Shown: one piece after another, positions 1-8,722 of the stretch
Numbering within the stretch: position 1 is the first letter of the stretch
Layout of the letters: each line of letters opens with the position of its first letter
Source: a virus
Taxonomy: Duplodnaviria; Caudoviricetes
IMG/VR virus record: IMGVR_UViG_3300020021_000016
Location: 1-55,005 of that record
Direction: 5' to 3' (one strand)
Length of the DNA: 55,005 bases
The notes under the pieces: generated by a model
Seen by the model: the letters and a program-made list of their open reading frames with translations, nothing else
What the model was told of the DNA's origin: nothing
Databases searched by the model: none
Made by a program: the position numbers and the translations under genes

Positions 1-405
1 GTCCGCGGCGCGAACCTCGACGGCGCGTACCTCCGCGGCGCGTACCTCGGCGGCGCGAACCTCCGCGGCGCGAACCTCGGCGGCGCGAACCTCCGCGGCG
101 CGAACCTCGGCGGCGCGAACCTCCGCGGCGCGAACCTCGACGGCGCGTACCTCGGCGGCGCGAACCTCCGCGGCGCGTACCTCGGCGGCGCGAACCTCCG
201 CGGCGCGAACCTCGACGGCGCGTACCTCGGCGGCGCGAACCTCCGCGGCGCGTACCTCGTCGGCGCGAACCTCGACGGCGCGTACCTCGGCGGCGCGAAC
301 CTCCGCGGCGCGAACCTCGACGGCGCGAACCTCGACGGCGCGTACCTCGGCGGCGCGAACCTCCGCGGCGCGAACCTCGACGGCGCGTACCTCCGCGGCG
401 CGAAC
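1..405 (+). repeat. 15-bp coding tandem repeat, 27 units
   Basis: CTC-(CGC/GGC/GAC/GTC)-GGC-GCG-(AAC/TAC) read directly; the first unit begins GTC. Confidence 0.95.
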
Positions 406-804
406 AACGTCCCCGAGATCCCGACGCTGACCGACGAAGAACAAGAGCAGCAACGCGTCAAGCACATGCTTGCGTTTCGCGAGCGTCACCCTGGCGTGCC
501 GGTGATCGAGAATCTCGACGCAAAGATCCTCGCTGCGGTCTCTGTCGATGGCGGTGGAACGCTCGACATGAAGGACTGGCACAGCTGCGAAACCACGCAT
601 TGCCGCGCGGGGTGGGCGATCCATCTCGCTGGCGCAGCAGGCTACGAGCTCGAACGCAAGTCGAACCCCGAGTTCGCCGGGATGCAGATCTACCGCGCGA
701 GCACCGGCCGCATCCCGGACTTCTACGCCGAGACCGAGGAGGTACTTGCCGATATCAAGGCTTCCGCCGAGCGCGAACAAGGAAAGGCACCGGTGCCGGC
801 GTGA
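1..804 (+). CDS. Pentapeptide repeat protein (5' truncated) with C-terminal Cys/His domain
   Basis: Frame 1 is open from base 1: L-[RGDV]-G-A-[NY] x27, in frame with ORF 466..804 ([23 protein letters not shown]). Confidence 0.88.
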   Translation, partial: VRGANLDGAYLRGAYLGGANLRGANLGGANLRGANLGGANLRGANLDGAYLGGANLRGAYLGGANLRGANLDGAYLGGANLRGAYLVGANLDGAYLGGANLRGANLDGANLDGAYLGGANLRGANLDGAYLRGANNVPEIPTLTDEEQEQQRVKHMLAFRERHPGVPVIENLDAKILAAVSVDGGGTLDMKDWHSCETTHCRAGWAIHLAGAAGYELERKSNPEFAGMQIYRASTGRIPDFYAETEEVLADIKASAEREQGKAPVPA

Positions 805-1124
805 ACGCCATCACCGCTTACCTGTTCTCGATGACGCTCTTCGTCGTCGCGGCGATCACGCGGCCAACGTCGGCGGAGTGTCCGCACGGCTGGTGGCTCG
901 ACGGCATTCGCACGAGCGGCGACCGCGTCGGCGAGTTCGGCTGTCGCCCGGTGCCGCGCGCCGTCGAGAATCAACGACCGTACCGGCCCGTGCTCGAGCT
1001 CGACGCCGACGAGGATGTCGAGATCTATTCGCGACTGTGGTGTGAGGGCGAGACCCAACCGCGCGCGCTCGACGATGGTCGAGGTGTCATGTGTTGGCCA
1101 ACCGCACCGAGGAGGAACCGATGA
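801..1124 (+). CDS. Hypothetical exported Cys-containing protein
   Basis: GTGA overlap with upstream stop; hydrophobic N-terminus ending PTSA-EC. Confidence 0.6.
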   Translation: MNAITAYLFSMTLFVVAAITRPTSAECPHGWWLDGIRTSGDRVGEFGCRPVPRAVENQRPYRPVLELDADEDVEIYSRLWCEGETQPRALDDGRGVMCWPTAPRRNR

Positions 1125-1540
1125 GCGAAGACATGAAGACCATCGTCGATGACGAAGTGCGCAGGGCGCTCGGTGAAGCGACGGCGGACCTACAACGCCG
1201 GTTCGCTGACGGCATGATCGCCATGCGCGACAAATACAACGCGAGCGCGGAAGAGACGCGCCGCGCTCAAGTGGCGGCCGGAGCCTTCCATGAAGGCATC
1301 TACTTCGTGCAGCGCGAAGGCGGTGGTCCGATCAAGATCGGCTTCTCAACGAACATTGAGAAGCGGGTGCGCATGCTGCAGATCGCTTCGCCCGAGCTCC
1401 TGCACGTCATCGCGCACGGGCCAGGAACGCTCGCCGAGGAAAATCTCCTCCAACGACGACTCGCAGCCTTTCGTGTTCGTGGTGAGTGGTATCGCGACTG
1501 CGACGAGATTCGCGCAGCGATCAGGGCGGTGTGCTCATGA
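1121..1540 (+). CDS. GIY-YIG superfamily (T5orf172/MUG113-like) protein
   Basis: GGAGG SD; IYFVQ...PIKIGFS..IEKRVRMLQ...E..L..RL...RVRGEWY. Confidence 0.8.
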   Translation: MSEDMKTIVDDEVRRALGEATADLQRRFADGMIAMRDKYNASAEETRRAQVAAGAFHEGIYFVQREGGGPIKIGFSTNIEKRVRMLQIASPELLHVIAHGPGTLAEENLLQRRLAAFRVRGEWYRDCDEIRAAIRAVCS

Positions 1541-2565
1541 CCTCTGTCGCAGCTCTCGTGGAACCTCACATCGACGAACTCGAGGTCGGTATCCGAACGG
1601 CACTAGATGCCAGTCACGCGGCCGATGCCGATGAGGCTAAAGCGAGCGAGACCTTCACCAAAGCGAGCGAGACCTTCACCAAAGCCGAGACGATACTCGG
1701 CACATCGCGAACCGAGGCCTTGCAGCGTCGAATCGAGGTGGGACGGCTGTTGGTTATCGCGCGTACCGCCTATCCGGCGAAGGGACCCAGGTCGAAGGGT
1801 TGGGGCGATCTTCTCGAACGCGTTGGCCTGACGCAGTCGACGGCGTGGCGCTACATGGAGTTTGCCGGCGCGACCGCAGAGCAATCATGCACAGACGGGA
1901 ATGTGCATGATTCCCCGAAGAGCTACGCCGACGCCGGCATCGACAAGCGCCCTCGTGCGAGCGATGCGACGGACAATCGCCCCGCGTACGGCGGCGATCG
2001 GCAGCGCACGTACGTTTCGCCGGACGACGGCGACGCACCCGACGATCGCGACGCGGCGTCCGACAACGTCATCCCGCTCGAGCTCGACGACCCGCAAGAG
2101 AAGGCACCTGACCGCAACACGTGGTGCACGCCGAAGTGGATCGCCGATGCGATCGGCGAGGTGGACCTCGACCCGTGCTCGAACGACCGTTCGCATATCC
2201 ACGCGAAGGAGACCTACGTCCTTGAGCGCGGCGAGAACGGGTTGATGCTCGCGCCCGACGTGCCGCGCGAGTCGCTCTGCTACATCAACCCGCCGTACGG
2301 TCGCGGTCTCGTGATCCAGTGGGTCCGAGCATACGGCGAGAAGCGATTCATCTTTCTGCTCAAATTCGATCCCAGCACGCTGTGGTTTGCCGAGCTGATG
2401 AGCCACACGAAGCTCGTGCTGTTTCCGAAGCAAGAGCGGGTCGAGTTCGAGCCACCGCCCGACGTGAAGGCGAGCAGCGTCCAGTTTCCGCACGCGTTGT
2501 TCTTCTCCAATCCCGAAGACGCGCGACTTGAAATTCTCAACCGTTGTTACGACTGGGAGGTTTGA
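1537..2565 (+). CDS. Phage N6-adenine DNA methyltransferase (Dam-like) with N-terminal DUF3102-like domain
   Basis: WCTP..I...DLDPCS and YINPPY motifs; N-terminal EVGRLL..AR...WGDLL..VGLTQSTAWRYM. Confidence 0.8.
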   Translation: MTSVAALVEPHIDELEVGIRTALDASHAADADEAKASETFTKASETFTKAETILGTSRTEALQRRIEVGRLLVIARTAYPAKGPRSKGWGDLLERVGLTQSTAWRYMEFAGATAEQSCTDGNVHDSPKSYADAGIDKRPRASDATDNRPAYGGDRQRTYVSPDDGDAPDDRDAASDNVIPLELDDPQEKAPDRNTWCTPKWIADAIGEVDLDPCSNDRSHIHAKETYVLERGENGLMLAPDVPRESLCYINPPYGRGLVIQWVRAYGEKRFIFLLKFDPSTLWFAELMSHTKLVLFPKQERVEFEPPPDVKASSVQFPHALFFSNPEDARLEILNRCYDWEV

Positions 2566-2569
2566 TCCG

Positions 2570-2902
2570 ATGAGCAAGAAAGCGAACACGAAGAACGGCG
2601 CCAAGCCGAAGAAGTCCAAGCCCGAGCAGCTGAAGATCAAGGGCACGGGCCGAACCGACGCCATCGAGGCGATCGAAGAGCAGGCGGAGAAGTACGTCGC
2701 CGCGCGCGATGCTCGCATGGAGATGCAGGTCGAGGAGGACGCCGAGCAAGAGGTGCTCGCGGCGCTGCTCAAGGACCACAAGCTCACCGAGTACATCTTC
2801 GTCGACGCGGAAGGCGTGAAGCGTCGTGCGTATCTCGGCGGCGAGGTGCGGGCGAAGGTCCAGAAGGTGCCCGCCAAGAAGAGCGCAGAGGTCGAAGCGT
2901 AG
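2570..2902 (+). CDS. Hypothetical protein
   Basis: GGGAGG SD before ATG; Lys/Glu-rich helical protein. Confidence 0.75.
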   Translation: MSKKANTKNGAKPKKSKPEQLKIKGTGRTDAIEAIEEQAEKYVAARDARMEMQVEEDAEQEVLAALLKDHKLTEYIFVDAEGVKRRAYLGGEVRAKVQKVPAKKSAEVEA

Positions 2903-2904
2903 AT

Positions 2905-3191
<287 letters not shown>

Positions 3192-3195
<4 letters not shown>

Positions 3196-3674
3196 TCATT
3201 CTCGCGATCGATCCCGGGTCGGCGCTGTCGGCGCTCGTCTTCTTCGACACCGTCGGCCAGTGCGTCGTCGAGAAGATGAAGATCGGAAACGAAGCCGCGC
3301 TGCTCTACCTCGAGCACAACCGCGGCACGGCCGATCACCTCGCGATCGAGATGGCCGAGAGCTTCGGCGCGAAGGTCTGGGGTCAGGTCTTCACGACCGT
3401 GCTGTGGACGGGCCGGCTCGTGCAGGCGTGGCGGAAGGACTTCACGCTCGTCACGCGGCGCGAGGTCAAGATGCAGCTCTGCAACAGCGGTCGCGCGAAG
3501 GATGCGCAGATCCGCAACTGCCTCATCGAGCGGTGGGGTGGCAAGGACGTCGCGATCGGCAATCGCAAGGAGCCCGGCCCGCTCTTCGGGATCACGGCTG
3601 ACATGTGGCAAGCGCTCGCGATCGGCGTGACGTGGAGCGACGCGCGGCCGCACACGAAACAGAGGGCCGCCTAG
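3192..3674 (+). CDS. RuvC-like Holliday junction resolvase
   Basis: ILAIDPG, LAIE, EVK...GRAKD, DMWQALAI motifs. Confidence 0.8.
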
Positions 3675-3872
3675 ATGGCGTCACCGACCGGCTGCTACGT
3701 GCGATACCGCGGTGACAGCTTCGATCTGGTCATCGACGCGGCGACGGTCGCGACTGGCAAAGCGACCGTCGGGACAGAGCTTCGCGGCGTCGTGGAGATC
3801 AGCCGCGACGAGGCCGAGCGCCTCCTCGCGTTGTTGGTCCACGCGGACCCATCGTGGAAGGCCGGTTGGTGA
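3675..3872 (+). CDS. Hypothetical protein
   Basis: Abuts upstream stop and is coupled to the next gene. Confidence 0.55.
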   Translation: MASPTGCYVRYRGDSFDLVIDAATVATGKATVGTELRGVVEISRDEAERLLALLVHADPSWKAGW

Positions 3873-4003
3873 ACCGCGACGCCACGCTCGACACCATCGT
3901 CGCGCTCCTCATCGGGATCGTGATCGGCGTGGTCGTCGTGCTCGCGGCTGCGGATATCGCGATCGAGGACCTTCAGCGCGCGCAGTCGACGGAGGAGCGA
4001 TGA
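3869..4003 (+). CDS. Small single-TM membrane protein (44 aa)
   Basis: GTGA/ATGA overlaps at both ends; IVALLIGIVIGVVVVLAAA. Confidence 0.6.
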   Translation: MNRDATLDTIVALLIGIVIGVVVVLAAADIAIEDLQRAQSTEER

Positions 4004-4344
4004 GCATCTTCGAGAACGTCGCGTGGACGGTCGCGATGGGCATCGGCATGCTGTCGACGTATTTGCTCGGTCAGCGCGACGAGCGGCGAGAACGCGAAGC
4101 GCAGTCGGTGGTGCTGGCGATGCTCGCGCAGCGACCGGCATACGCGCGTGATCTACTCGCAGGTCTCGACAAGAAGCTGCGGCCGCGATCCATCTACACC
4201 CTCCTGGCGCGCATGGAGGACCGCGAGATGATCTTCGGCTCGACGTACAAGCCGCCAGAAGACCCGATCGAGTTTCTTAGGGCGCCGGCTCGGCGGCTCT
4301 ATAGCATCACCGATTACGGGCGGCGGAGGCTCGACGCAGAATGA
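4000..4344 (+). CDS. PadR-like winged-helix regulator with N-terminal hydrophobic helix
   Basis: VLAMLAQRPAY..DL...SIYTLLARME...ARRLYSITDYGRRRL; GGAGG SD. Confidence 0.75.
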   Translation: MSIFENVAWTVAMGIGMLSTYLLGQRDERREREAQSVVLAMLAQRPAYARDLLAGLDKKLRPRSIYTLLARMEDREMIFGSTYKPPEDPIEFLRAPARRLYSITDYGRRRLDAE

Positions 4345-4823
4345 TCCTCGGCCTCGAAGCTCGTGCAGACGTGTGCGGTTGGGCGTTGCTCGATACCGCC
4401 GCGCGGAGCTTCGTCGACCTGGGCGTCGTCACGGCCCTGGGCGCGGACGTCGCCGGCATGGCGGGCGCGCGCGAGGGTCACGCGGCGGCCGAGAAGCTTC
4501 GCGGCGCCTTGGGTGCGATCGCGATCGAAGCGGTGGCCGTGTCCCACGCACCGACCCTTGGCTTCGCGTGGGGCGTCGTTGTCGGGCTGGCGCTCTACTA
4601 CCGGCCCGAGCTCGCCGAAGTCCCTCCAGCGAGATGGCATCGTGTGCTACTGCCCAACGTGCACGCGCGTCCCGAACCGGAGGCGGCGCGGTCGGTCGCG
4701 GTGCACCTCTTGTCGAAGCATGCGGCAGCCGTGACGGCGATGCGGCGCGTGCCCGAGCAACACCAGGACCTCGCTCTCGTGGCGGCCATGATGGCGCTCG
4801 CTGTTGCCGTGAGGCCGCGATGA
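4341..4823 (+). CDS. Degenerate RuvC-like protein
   Basis: MILGLE....CGWALLD, AIAIE, LGFAWGVV, VPPARW, DLAL pattern; DPG replaced by EAR. Confidence 0.55.
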   Translation: MILGLEARADVCGWALLDTAARSFVDLGVVTALGADVAGMAGAREGHAAAEKLRGALGAIAIEAVAVSHAPTLGFAWGVVVGLALYYRPELAEVPPARWHRVLLPNVHARPEPEAARSVAVHLLSKHAAAVTAMRRVPEQHQDLALVAAMMALAVAVRPR

Positions 4824-5023
4824 GGCCTGCGAAGCCCACCACGCCCGCGAGCGATATCCGGTTGCTCGCGCGGCACCTGCGCCATAAGGCCATCGACGTG
4901 GCAGAGGAGTCGCTGCTGTGGCGTGACCGGATCGCCGAGATCCCGGGCGCGATGGCGCTCGTCGGAAAGATCATTGACTACGAGGCCGCCGTGGAGGCCT
5001 ATCGAAAGGCGCACGAACCATGA
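4820..5023 (+). CDS. Hypothetical protein
   Basis: ATGA overlaps on both sides. Confidence 0.6.
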   Translation: MRPAKPTTPASDIRLLARHLRHKAIDVAEESLLWRDRIAEIPGAMALVGKIIDYEAAVEAYRKAHEP

Positions 5024-5211
5024 CCCTTGCAGACGTCGCATTCTTTGCTGTTGTCCTGTTGTGGGCCGCGAGTTGGGCGTTCGGCACGCGCGCTGACCTC
5101 GCGAGGAACGGCGTCGAGCACCTGCTCTGGCAGCTGATCGCGTTCGTCTGCGCGGCTGGCGGGTTGACGTGTCTCGTGACCGCAATCCTCACCGTCGTGG
5201 AGCGCGCGTGA
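5020..5211 (+). CDS. Small two-TM membrane protein
   Basis: Two hydrophobic stretches; coupled to neighbours. Confidence 0.65.
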   Translation: MTLADVAFFAVVLLWAASWAFGTRADLARNGVEHLLWQLIAFVCAAGGLTCLVTAILTVVERA

Positions 5212-5555
5212 CCGACACGCTCGACACCGGCACTGCGCCGACCATCACGCCCAATCCCGACCAGCTCGTCGGCGACTACGACGCGCGCTCGGTCAAGCTG
5301 CTACGCGTGAGGCGTCGCATCGGCGCGGGCAGCGTTGACGATCCTGTGAGGATCGCGGTATCGCTGTGGACCGAGGGCGGCGACCTCATCCACGAGATCG
5401 ATCCGGCGCGGGCGAAGACCGAACGCGAGGAGTTGCTCGAGGAAGGGCTTCGAGAGGTTCTCGGGCTTCTCGAGTCGATGTGCGCCGGGCACGACGACCC
5501 GGCGGCCATATCGCTCTTGAAGCGGTGCCGCAAGCTTGGGACGCTCGTCACGTGA
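5208..5555 (+). CDS. Hypothetical protein
   Basis: GTGA overlaps on both sides. Confidence 0.6.
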   Translation: MTDTLDTGTAPTITPNPDQLVGDYDARSVKLLRVRRRIGAGSVDDPVRIAVSLWTEGGDLIHEIDPARAKTEREELLEEGLREVLGLLESMCAGHDDPAAISLLKRCRKLGTLVT

Positions 5556-5839
5556 CCTATCTCCCCGAGATGACGTCGGATGAGATCGCCGCAGCCTGCG
5601 ACTCCTTGCTAGCGCGCGACACCCAGCCGACGGTGCCCGAGGTCAGGCCGTTGACGCGGGCGTTCTACGAGCTGCACCCTACCGGCGGCAGCCTGCACAT
5701 CGTTCTCGACGACGGAAACGTCAAGGACTCGGATGTGCAGTCCTGCGTCGACTACGCGATCCAGGGTGGCGACAAGACCGGCGAGAAGTTGGGACGCGTG
5801 CTCCTCCTCATGAGCCCGACGCAGAGGAACAAGTTGTGA
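5552..5839 (+). CDS. Hypothetical phage protein
   Basis: GTGA overlaps; TGGSLHIVLDDGN motif. Confidence 0.6.
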   Translation: MTYLPEMTSDEIAAACDSLLARDTQPTVPEVRPLTRAFYELHPTGGSLHIVLDDGNVKDSDVQSCVDYAIQGGDKTGEKLGRVLLLMSPTQRNKL

Positions 5840-6243
5840 GCCAGCCCGCGAACACCAATCATCGGCCGGTCGTCCGGCTGAAGCTGATCGGCGGCGGCGT
5901 GTTCGCGCCCGACAACTTCGTGCCCGAGACGCGCGCGGACTGCCCGGTCGAGCGCCCGTGCCCGCACGTCCGCTGCACGCACCACCTGTGGGTCATCGAC
6001 GGCGATCACCGCCCGGGCCGGCGCCCGAAGGCCGGATCGATGGCGCCCGAGCTCCTGCCGCGGTGGCTCGAGTGGCCCGTGCCGCCGAGCTGCGTGCTCG
6101 ATGAGGCGCAGTACCAGGCGGACATCAATGCACTGCCGGCCCGCATCGGCATCCGCAAGTCGAGCTTCTTCGACATCTTGCGATCGGCGCTGCGCAAGCT
6201 GAAGCGGAACAACATCGACATCGACGGATTGATCGAGCACTGA
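5836..6243 (+). CDS. Cys/His-rich protein with sigma70 region 4-like C-terminal HTH; candidate late regulator
   Basis: CPVERPCPHVRCTHHLW...SCVLD...IGIRKS....ILRSALRKLKR; lies just before the terminase genes. Confidence 0.55.
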   Translation: MSQPANTNHRPVVRLKLIGGGVFAPDNFVPETRADCPVERPCPHVRCTHHLWVIDGDHRPGRRPKAGSMAPELLPRWLEWPVPPSCVLDEAQYQADINALPARIGIRKSSFFDILRSALRKLKRNNIDIDGLIEH

Positions 6244-6545
6244 TGTCGAAGCGCTACCTCATCCTCCACGGCAAACACGTGCGCTTCCAGTCGCGGCTGT
6301 ACCTCGGATCGCCGTGGCCGTGCTTGGTGAACATGATCGCGCTGCAGTGGTTCGGGCTGCGACTGCGCTACGAGGTGCGAGAGCGATTCGCGGTCGCGAG
6401 AGTCGCCGTCACCGGGATCGAGTTCGCGTGGCCGCTGACCGGTTGGCACTGGAGCTGGCGGCGAGAGATTCTGATCCCGTATGCGATTGCCTTGGTGCTC
6501 TGGTCGCTCGTCGCGTGGTGGGTCATCGGATTGACGGAGCGATAG
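6243..6545 (+). CDS. Hypothetical membrane protein
   Basis: TGATG overlap; C-terminal TM segment. Confidence 0.55.
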   Translation: MSKRYLILHGKHVRFQSRLYLGSPWPCLVNMIALQWFGLRLRYEVRERFAVARVAVTGIEFAWPLTGWHWSWRREILIPYAIALVLWSLVAWWVIGLTER

Positions 6546-6574
6546 CGCGCTCCGCGTGGAACGTCGTCGCTGCG

Positions 6575-6931
6575 ATGAGGTTCCAGCCTGGCCAGAGTGG
6601 CAATCCGAGCGGACGGCCCAAGGCGTCCAAGGTCATGGCCCAGCTGATCCGCACGTCCACCAAGGACGGCGCCGAGCTCGTCGAGTACGCGCTCTCCGTG
6701 TTCCGCGACGTCGAGATGAGCGACGCCAATCGCCAATGGGCGCTGCAATGGCTCTCCGATCGCGGCTTCGGCAAGGCGCCGCTTGTGCTCGACGTCAGCT
6801 TCAACGACCAGGACGACAGCGGAATCGATCGCGAGGCCACCGACCTCGAAGAGATGACGGAAGAGCAGGTCGCCGCGCTGGCCGTGCTCGATGCGGTACG
6901 CGGCACGACGCCGAGTGCAACCGAGCACTGA
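6575..6931 (+). CDS. terS: Terminase small subunit (DUF5681-like)
   Basis: FQPGQSGNPSGRPK N-terminus, DRGFGKA; directly upstream of TerL. Confidence 0.8.
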   Translation: MRFQPGQSGNPSGRPKASKVMAQLIRTSTKDGAELVEYALSVFRDVEMSDANRQWALQWLSDRGFGKAPLVLDVSFNDQDDSGIDREATDLEEMTEEQVAALAVLDAVRGTTPSATEH

Positions 6932-8682
6932 TGGCGACTGCGGTCCGTGCGGGCATGCTGGGCCCGATCTCCGCGGAAAGCCGGCGACGGATCGCCGCGA
7001 GCGCTCGCACCGAACAGGCGCTCCGGTCGTTCGCCGCGTTCGTAAAGCAGGCTTGGCATGTGATCGAGGGCGTCCCGCTCGAGTGGACGCCGTTCCTGCA
7101 AGCGCTCTGCGATCACATCCAGTTCATTCTCGAGAGCTGGCTCGTCGCGAACCGCAAGGCCAACAAGCGCCAGCGCGAGAACGTAAAGCGCGCGTGGGCG
7201 CTGATGGGCGTGCCGTTTCGCGAAGGTCGGCTCCTGGTTCAGAACTTCATCATCAACGCTCCACCGAGCTCGTTGAAGTCGCGCCTACTGATGGTGTTCG
7301 GGCCGGCGTGGATGTGGCTGCACGATGCGCGGTGGTCGGTCGCGTGCACCTGTGCGAACGACGAGATCGTCAAGCGCGATTCGGACGCACACCGCGAGCT
7401 CGTCGAGAGTCCCTGGTATCGCGAGACGTTCGGCATCCGGTGGAAGCTCGACCCGAAAGTCGACGCCGTTCAGAAATGGGCGAACACGGCGGGCGGCGTG
7501 CGTCTCAGCCGGACGTTTCTGTCGACATGGATCGGCGTGCACGTCGACGCGATCCTGGTCGATGACCCCGACGACGCGATGACGGTGTTCGACGAGCCGC
7601 AGCGGCTTCGCGTGCACAACAAGTGGACGCGGTCGCTCGAGAATCGCTACAACAGCGCGCTTCGGTCGATCCGGATCGTTGCGCAACAGCGCGTGCACGT
7701 CGACGATCTGACGGCGTACCTGCTCGCGCTGAAATCGTGGTCGCCGAGGAACCTGGCCGGCTGGTTCCGGCTCGCGATCGCGATGGAGTTTGGGATGGGA
7801 CCGGAGGATCTGCCGAGCTCGCCACTCGGATGGGTCGACCCGCGGACCGAACGCGGTGAGCTGATGCACCCGGAGCGGTTCCCACCCGACGTGCTCGAGG
7901 ACCACCGAACCAGCGCGGGGCCGCACGGCTTCGAGGCGCAGTACAACCAGAACCCCGAGCCGATGACGGGCGGGATGTTCGCGCGCGACTGGTTTCAGTT
8001 CTTCCGCTTGGAGGACATGCTGGCCGACCTTCCGCGGCCCGAGCTCACGTCGAAAGAGCCCGCGTACCTGCTCGAGTCGAACCAGCACACCGGCGTGCTC
8101 GAGCTCGACGACCTCGTGATCACGGTGGACGCGACGTTCGGCTCGCTCGATACGAAGACCGCAAGTGCCGTCGGAATGCTCGTGGTCGGGATCAGGGAGA
8201 TGCGGCGGTTCGTCTTCGACGACAAGACGGAGCTGATGACGTTCCTCGACACGGTAAAAGCCATCAAGGCCATCATCCGCAACCCGATCGCGATCGCAGA
8301 TCCGACGAATCGCTTCCGTGTGCACGTGCGCCGCGTGCTGATCGAGCTGAAGGCTAACGGCAAGGCGGTGGTGGAATCGCTCACGAAGGAGCTGGGCGAC
8401 GGCACGGTGATCGGGCCCGAGGGCGATCCGGTGACCGTCATCGTTGAGGGCTGCGAGACCGGCAAGCTCGGCAAGGTCGCACGCGCGAATGCGATGGTTC
8501 CGGCGATCGCGGCCGGCATGGTGTTCCTGCTGCTCGGCGCGCCGTGGCTACGAGCGTTCCTTGGCGAGGTCTGCTTGTTCCCGAAGGGCCGGCGTGATGA
8601 CCGTGTCGACGCGCTGTCCCAACTGATGGCGTTCTTCTTCGTGGTCGACAAGTTGCGCGCGAAACGCCGGGCGAAGTGGTAA
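6931..8682 (+). CDS. terL: Terminase large subunit
   Basis: IINAPPSSLKS (Walker A variant), ILVDDP (Walker B), QQRVHVDD, AQYNQNP; nuclease VDATF, IELKANG, FPKGRRDDRVDA. Confidence 0.93.
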   Translation: MATAVRAGMLGPISAESRRRIAASARTEQALRSFAAFVKQAWHVIEGVPLEWTPFLQALCDHIQFILESWLVANRKANKRQRENVKRAWALMGVPFREGRLLVQNFIINAPPSSLKSRLLMVFGPAWMWLHDARWSVACTCANDEIVKRDSDAHRELVESPWYRETFGIRWKLDPKVDAVQKWANTAGGVRLSRTFLSTWIGVHVDAILVDDPDDAMTVFDEPQRLRVHNKWTRSLENRYNSALRSIRIVAQQRVHVDDLTAYLLALKSWSPRNLAGWFRLAIAMEFGMGPEDLPSSPLGWVDPRTERGELMHPERFPPDVLEDHRTSAGPHGFEAQYNQNPEPMTGGMFARDWFQFFRLEDMLADLPRPELTSKEPAYLLESNQHTGVLELDDLVITVDATFGSLDTKTASAVGMLVVGIREMRRFVFDDKTELMTFLDTVKAIKAIIRNPIAIADPTNRFRVHVRRVLIELKANGKAVVESLTKELGDGTVIGPEGDPVTVIVEGCETGKLGKVARANAMVPAIAAGMVFLLLGAPWLRAFLGEVCLFPKGRRDDRVDALSQLMAFFFVVDKLRAKRRAKW

Positions 8683-8722
8683 CGCGGACTGCCACGGGAG
8701 GTGGGCGCGAGGGTGTCGCAGC

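Noticed and set aside
1-405. CRISPR array or DGR variable region
   Set aside because: Units are contiguous 15-mers without spacers and encode pentapeptides. Some variation is at adenines, but CGC versus GAC is not, and no reverse transcriptase or template repeat is in the window.
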